A DNA stretch of 64,000 nucleotides from Alloprevotella tannerae (GTDB taxonomy: Bacteria; Bacteroidota; Bacteroidia; Bacteroidales; Bacteroidaceae). Below, piece after piece: positions 60,412 through 64,000 of this stretch. The stretch is taken from the NCBI RefSeq assembly GCF_015259125.1, contig NZ_JABZGR010000005.1; one strand, given 5' to 3'. Under the pieces are notes generated by a model. The model was not told the origin of the DNA, searched no databases, and saw only the letters and a program-made list of their open reading frames with translations. Position 1 is the stretch's first letter, and every line of letters starts with the position of its first letter. Both the position numbers and the translations under genes were made by a program.

Positions 60412-61687
60412 TACGTTGTTCTTGTGTATAATAATCAATGAGTCTGCGAAGTGCACGTTGACAGACTGGACAGAAGGCTTTACATTCGTTCGTCTTCATT
60501 CTGCAATCTTGAAAAGCGCGATAAACGCCTTTAGATTGATATCCGCCGCCTTCGTATACGCCGATTTGATCCAACTTTTTAAGGTTGGGTGGGGTAGGGA
60601 TCTTCGTCTTTGCAGGAAGCATATCTTCCCACTTAGCCGCAAAGTTGTTTAACGTCGTGAGGTTTTGCTCCCAAGGTTCAGCATCTGGATAATAATAGTT
60701 TGTATATTGATCATCATAATAGTATTCGTCAGATAAACCGCCAAAACTATGTCCAAACTCGTGAACGATGACCGATTTAAACAACTTGTGTTTGGCTGTT
60801 GTTAAGGTATAAGAATTATATATACCACCTCCTCCGTAATTGTCAGTGTTGGCTAAGATAATAAAATGCTCATATGGTATGCCAATAAGACTATTGTGGA
60901 GGTTCTTAAGGTCGAGCGTAGTTAAATATCTATCTGAATAGAAGGTGTCAAAATGGCTCTTGAGCGCTGTATTCTTCCATTCTCCTTTTCCCGGAATACT
61001 TACACCTGACTCGAGCGAAGGAAGTGCTACGGCAACAACGTTAAATCTATCCTTCATAGATTTAAATGGCTCGTGCAAGAACAATTGCTCTGTAGCAATC
61101 TCTGCGTGATGGTAAAAGCTGTCGGCCTCTTCTGCGCGATAACCTTCTGCCAGAATTGCTATGTCGATGCATTTTTCTGGAGCGCCGCTCTTCAAAATAT
61201 ATTTGTGAGGTGGAATCTGAGCCGGATTAATCTTGCGAATCAGAATATCTTTTGGATTAATTTTGTGAGTGTACTGTGCTAAAAGTTTGTTGTGGTTGCC
61301 ATAAAGCTCGATCGACACAAGTGCAGAATCCGTAGGCATTGGGAGAAGGAATACGTTTTCAAAAGCTTTACGTGTACGCGTAGCCTCTTCTGTATTCAAC
61401 CATTCTTGAAAGAGCGTTGAGAACGAATTGCAGTAAAGTAAGCGTTTTGTGTGCGCATCTCTCAAATAAATTTTTCCATTTCCTTGTAAGGCAAGCGTGT
61501 CAAGATTTACATGTCGGCCGTACCAACCATCAAACGTATTTAGTTCGCTTACAGCTATTTCACGCTGCTGTACATCACCCGAGAATATATAATCAATGCG
61601 TAACGTTTGGTTCAGGTTCAGTTGTTGTGCGTGAATGCTTGCCATAATCAGCAAAAGCAATCCGGCTAAGGCGAAGATCCTTTTCAT
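60398..61687 (-). CDS. M64-family (IgA peptidase-like) zinc metallopeptidase, secreted
   Basis: Signal peptide. HEFGHSFGGLSDEY zinc motif. Confidence 0.55.
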   Translation of the reverse strand: MKRIFALAGLLLLIMASIHAQQLNLNQTLRIDYIFSGDVQQREIAVSELNTFDGWYGRHVNLDTLALQGNGKIYLRDAHTKRLLYCNSFSTLFQEWLNTEEATRTRKAFENVFLLPMPTDSALVSIELYGNHNKLLAQYTHKINPKDILIRKINPAQIPPHKYILKSGAPEKCIDIAILAEGYRAEEADSFYHHAEIATEQLFLHEPFKSMKDRFNVVAVALPSLESGVSIPGKGEWKNTALKSHFDTFYSDRYLTTLDLKNLHNSLIGIPYEHFIILANTDNYGGGGIYNSYTLTTAKHKLFKSVIVHEFGHSFGGLSDEYYYDDQYTNYYYPDAEPWEQNLTTLNNFAAKWEDMLPAKTKIPTPPNLKKLDQIGVYEGGGYQSKGVYRAFQDCRMKTNECKAFCPVCQRALRRLIDYYTQEQRNGKN

Positions 61688-61805
61688 ATGTACATCTTAT
61701 ATTTTATCGTACAAAAATAGGAAAAACTCTGTGAAGGGCCAAGATAGAGCCTAAAAGCAAATAAAAAATTGTACCTTCGCCGCGCAATGACACAAATCAT
61801 ATCTG

Positions 61806-63047
61806 ATGAACCGTAACGTCTTTTTTGCGTGGTGGCGTCGCTTTATTCGATATCGCGTTGTCCGATTATATTTAAATGCAGGTATAACTTTTTATCGCGA
61901 AGGTCAGTTGGCTGCTGCGCGGGCTTTGACTTTTTCGTTGCTTTTTGCTGTTGTTCCTATCTTAGCCATTGCTTTTGCTATTGCTAAGGGTTTTGGACTT
62001 GACAATATGTTGGAGCAACAGATACGGACAGCCTTTGCTACGCAACCCGAAGTGACTACCTTTTTGCTGAATTTTGTTCATAATTACCTGATGCGAACGC
62101 AAGGTGGCATCTTCTTGGGCTTAGGTATCTTCCTTTTACTTTGGACGCTGTTTTCCTTGGCCGGAGAAATTGAGGGAACTTTCAATAAAATATGGAAGAT
62201 AAAGCAAGATCGAACGATTTATAGGAAGGTTACAGAATATACATCGCTATTCTTCCTCTTACCTGTTTTGCTGATTTCGAGTTCAGGCTTCTCTATTTTT
62301 CTTACATCTTTCGTAGAAAAACTGCCCGACGTCTTTTTCTTACACAATTCTCTCTTGAAATGCCTGCAACTTGTTCCATATCTTATTATGGTGTGCTTTT
62401 GTACCGGACTTTATTTCTTTATTCCCAACACGAAAGTTAAGTGGAAAAGCGCATTTTTTGCCGGCTTGCCGGTCGGGTTGGCGCTTCAGGCTTTGCAGTA
62501 TGTCTATATTCATTCGCAGTTGTACTTGTCTGGTTATAACGCTATTTATGGCTCGTTTGCCGCCCTTCCGATGTTGATGATCTGGCTTCAATTTAGCTGG
62601 TATATCGTCTTGTTTGGAGCTACGCTAAGCTATTTACATCAAAACCGTGAGGCGCTTGGTGTTCCGCTGATGCAAAGTGCCTGTAGGAAAGATCGAGATG
62701 AACTTTGTTTGCAGCTGTTATGTGTTGTTTATAAAGCTTTTGAGCGCGGTGAAGCACCAATCAGCGTTGATCGGATAGCTGAAGATTTAAAGTTGAATCC
62801 TTCACTGCTCAAAGAAGCTTTGGAGCTGATGCAGTCGTTGCCTTTTTTGCTGTATTTAGATCAAGAAAGGTATGCACCGGCACGTGATCCACGCCAGCTC
62901 ACAATAGGTGAGGTGATTAAAGCGCTTGACCGAGAGGGGCAGGCATTGCATTTTAAGCAACTCAATCAAGCCTTCAGTGCTTATCGTATAAAGATTTTTG
63001 AGCAAGAAGCGGCTAAATGTTTGGTAGTAGACTATTTATCTTTATAG
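61806..63047 (+). CDS. YihY/BrkB family inner-membrane protein
   Basis: 413 aa, multi-TM core. Conserved LSYLHQNREALG-like tail. Confidence 0.6.
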   Translation: MNRNVFFAWWRRFIRYRVVRLYLNAGITFYREGQLAAARALTFSLLFAVVPILAIAFAIAKGFGLDNMLEQQIRTAFATQPEVTTFLLNFVHNYLMRTQGGIFLGLGIFLLLWTLFSLAGEIEGTFNKIWKIKQDRTIYRKVTEYTSLFFLLPVLLISSSGFSIFLTSFVEKLPDVFFLHNSLLKCLQLVPYLIMVCFCTGLYFFIPNTKVKWKSAFFAGLPVGLALQALQYVYIHSQLYLSGYNAIYGSFAALPMLMIWLQFSWYIVLFGATLSYLHQNREALGVPLMQSACRKDRDELCLQLLCVVYKAFERGEAPISVDRIAEDLKLNPSLLKEALELMQSLPFLLYLDQERYAPARDPRQLTIGEVIKALDREGQALHFKQLNQAFSAYRIKIFEQEAAKCLVVDYLSL

Positions 63048-63056
63048 CCTCTGATT

Positions 63057-63911
63057 ATGAATTTACTGATAGCTGATAGCGGGAGTACGAAAACTGATTG
63101 GAGTTTGCTGCAAGACGGTGATGTGACTAAGCGTGTTGTCAGCCAGGGGATCAACCCTTTTATGGTTCCGGCTGATGAAATATCTCGCATCGTGATGCAG
63201 GAGTTAATACCTCACTTAAGTCAACCTATTGATGCGATTCGTTTTTATGGTGCTGGTTGTCGTGGGAAACAACGGCTTGTTGTAAAACGTGTGCTTCAGC
63301 AAGTGCTTAATACGGAAGATGTAAATGTGGAATCCGATTTGCAAGGCGCTGCTATTGCACTCTGTCGTGAAGAAAAAGGTATAGCCTGCATCTTAGGTAC
63401 CGGTTCTAATAGTTGCCTTTTTGATGGACAAACTATTGTAGAAAATGTAGCACCTCTAGGGTTTATTTTGGGAGATGAAGGAAGTGGGGCTGTATTGGGG
63501 CGTCGTTTTCTGAGCGACTTGCTTAAAAATCAATTATCAGCGCAGGTTCGTTCTTGCTTTGAGGCACAATATAGTTTGTCTGTCGAAGATATTGTGCAGC
63601 GCGTCTACAAACAACCTTTTCCCAATCGGTTTATGGCAGGTTTCGCCATATTCTTAGGGAAATATAAACATCTCGAGGAGATACAAGCATTGGTAAAATC
63701 TGAATTTGAACGCTTTTTTCGTCGAAACGTTGCACAATATAATCATCCGGATTTGGCTGTACACTTTGTAGGTAGTATTGCTTTTTATTTTAGAGTAGAA
63801 CTACAGACTGTAGCTGTTGACTTAGGTTATAGAATTGGCCGAATTTTGAAAAGCCCTATTGCCGGATTAGAGCAGTTTTATGCGGAAAGTAAAGAGATAA
63901 ATTTGACTTAA
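63057..63911 (+). CDS. BadF/BadG/BcrA/BcrD-type ATPase (N-acetylglucosamine kinase-like)
   Basis: N-terminal MNLLIADSGSTKTDW (ASKHA phosphate-1 motif). 284 aa. Confidence 0.7.
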   Translation: MNLLIADSGSTKTDWSLLQDGDVTKRVVSQGINPFMVPADEISRIVMQELIPHLSQPIDAIRFYGAGCRGKQRLVVKRVLQQVLNTEDVNVESDLQGAAIALCREEKGIACILGTGSNSCLFDGQTIVENVAPLGFILGDEGSGAVLGRRFLSDLLKNQLSAQVRSCFEAQYSLSVEDIVQRVYKQPFPNRFMAGFAIFLGKYKHLEEIQALVKSEFERFFRRNVAQYNHPDLAVHFVGSIAFYFRVELQTVAVDLGYRIGRILKSPIAGLEQFYAESKEINLT

Positions 63912-64000
63912 TAGCGAATAATGCTTCTTTTGGGTAAGCCTACGACAAGATGAAATATAAGCGAGGTTGAATTTCATCTTATAAGTTTCTAATATACTTT

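Noticed and set aside
1-64000. A search for CRISPR arrays, rRNA and tRNA genes
   Set aside because: No regularly spaced direct repeats with unique spacers were found, and no rRNA-like or tRNA-like conserved blocks. The only structured RNA recognised is rnpB.

Overview
The window is a Bacteroidota-type chromosomal segment of mostly housekeeping genes: dnaG, prmA, an rsmB/F-like methyltransferase, rlmI, murB, dcp, dCMP deaminase, ctpA, hemW, rpmE2, purL, uvrB, trxB, ftsK, and several outer-membrane, peptidase and hypothetical genes. An RNase P RNA gene (rnpB) lies on the minus strand between rpmE2 and purL. It is not in the ORF track.

The most notable region is an integrated mobilizable element of about 12.7 kb at roughly 34.2-46.9 kb. 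It carries two tandem tyrosine integrases, a DUF3408 gene, a mobA-like gene, a relaxase decayed to a pseudogene (in-frame stop plus frameshift), and an oriT-like set of repeated palindromes.

Its cargo is a tightly packed five-gene operon of unusual composition. The genes are an XRE-type controller, a Dcm C5-cytosine methyltransferase, a 990-aa protein with two Bergerat-fold ATPase modules, a 511-aa protein with a receiver-like N-terminus, and a Vsr endonuclease. The 990-aa protein has an N-terminal MORC/MutL-type GHKL module and a C-terminal histidine-kinase core. The operon has no recognisable restriction endonuclease. I read it as a candidate methylation-linked two-component-like defence or restriction module that has not been described as such.

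Other points are a dispersed family of near-palindromic intergenic repeats (core GTACCATCGTGATGGTAC) with five copies, two of which bracket the mobile element. There is also a secreted Trp/Tyr-rich protein with about ten xR(S/T)FxG repeats next to a FadL-like outer-membrane barrel, and a short 21-bp tandem repeat array. No CRISPR array or tRNA gene was found.
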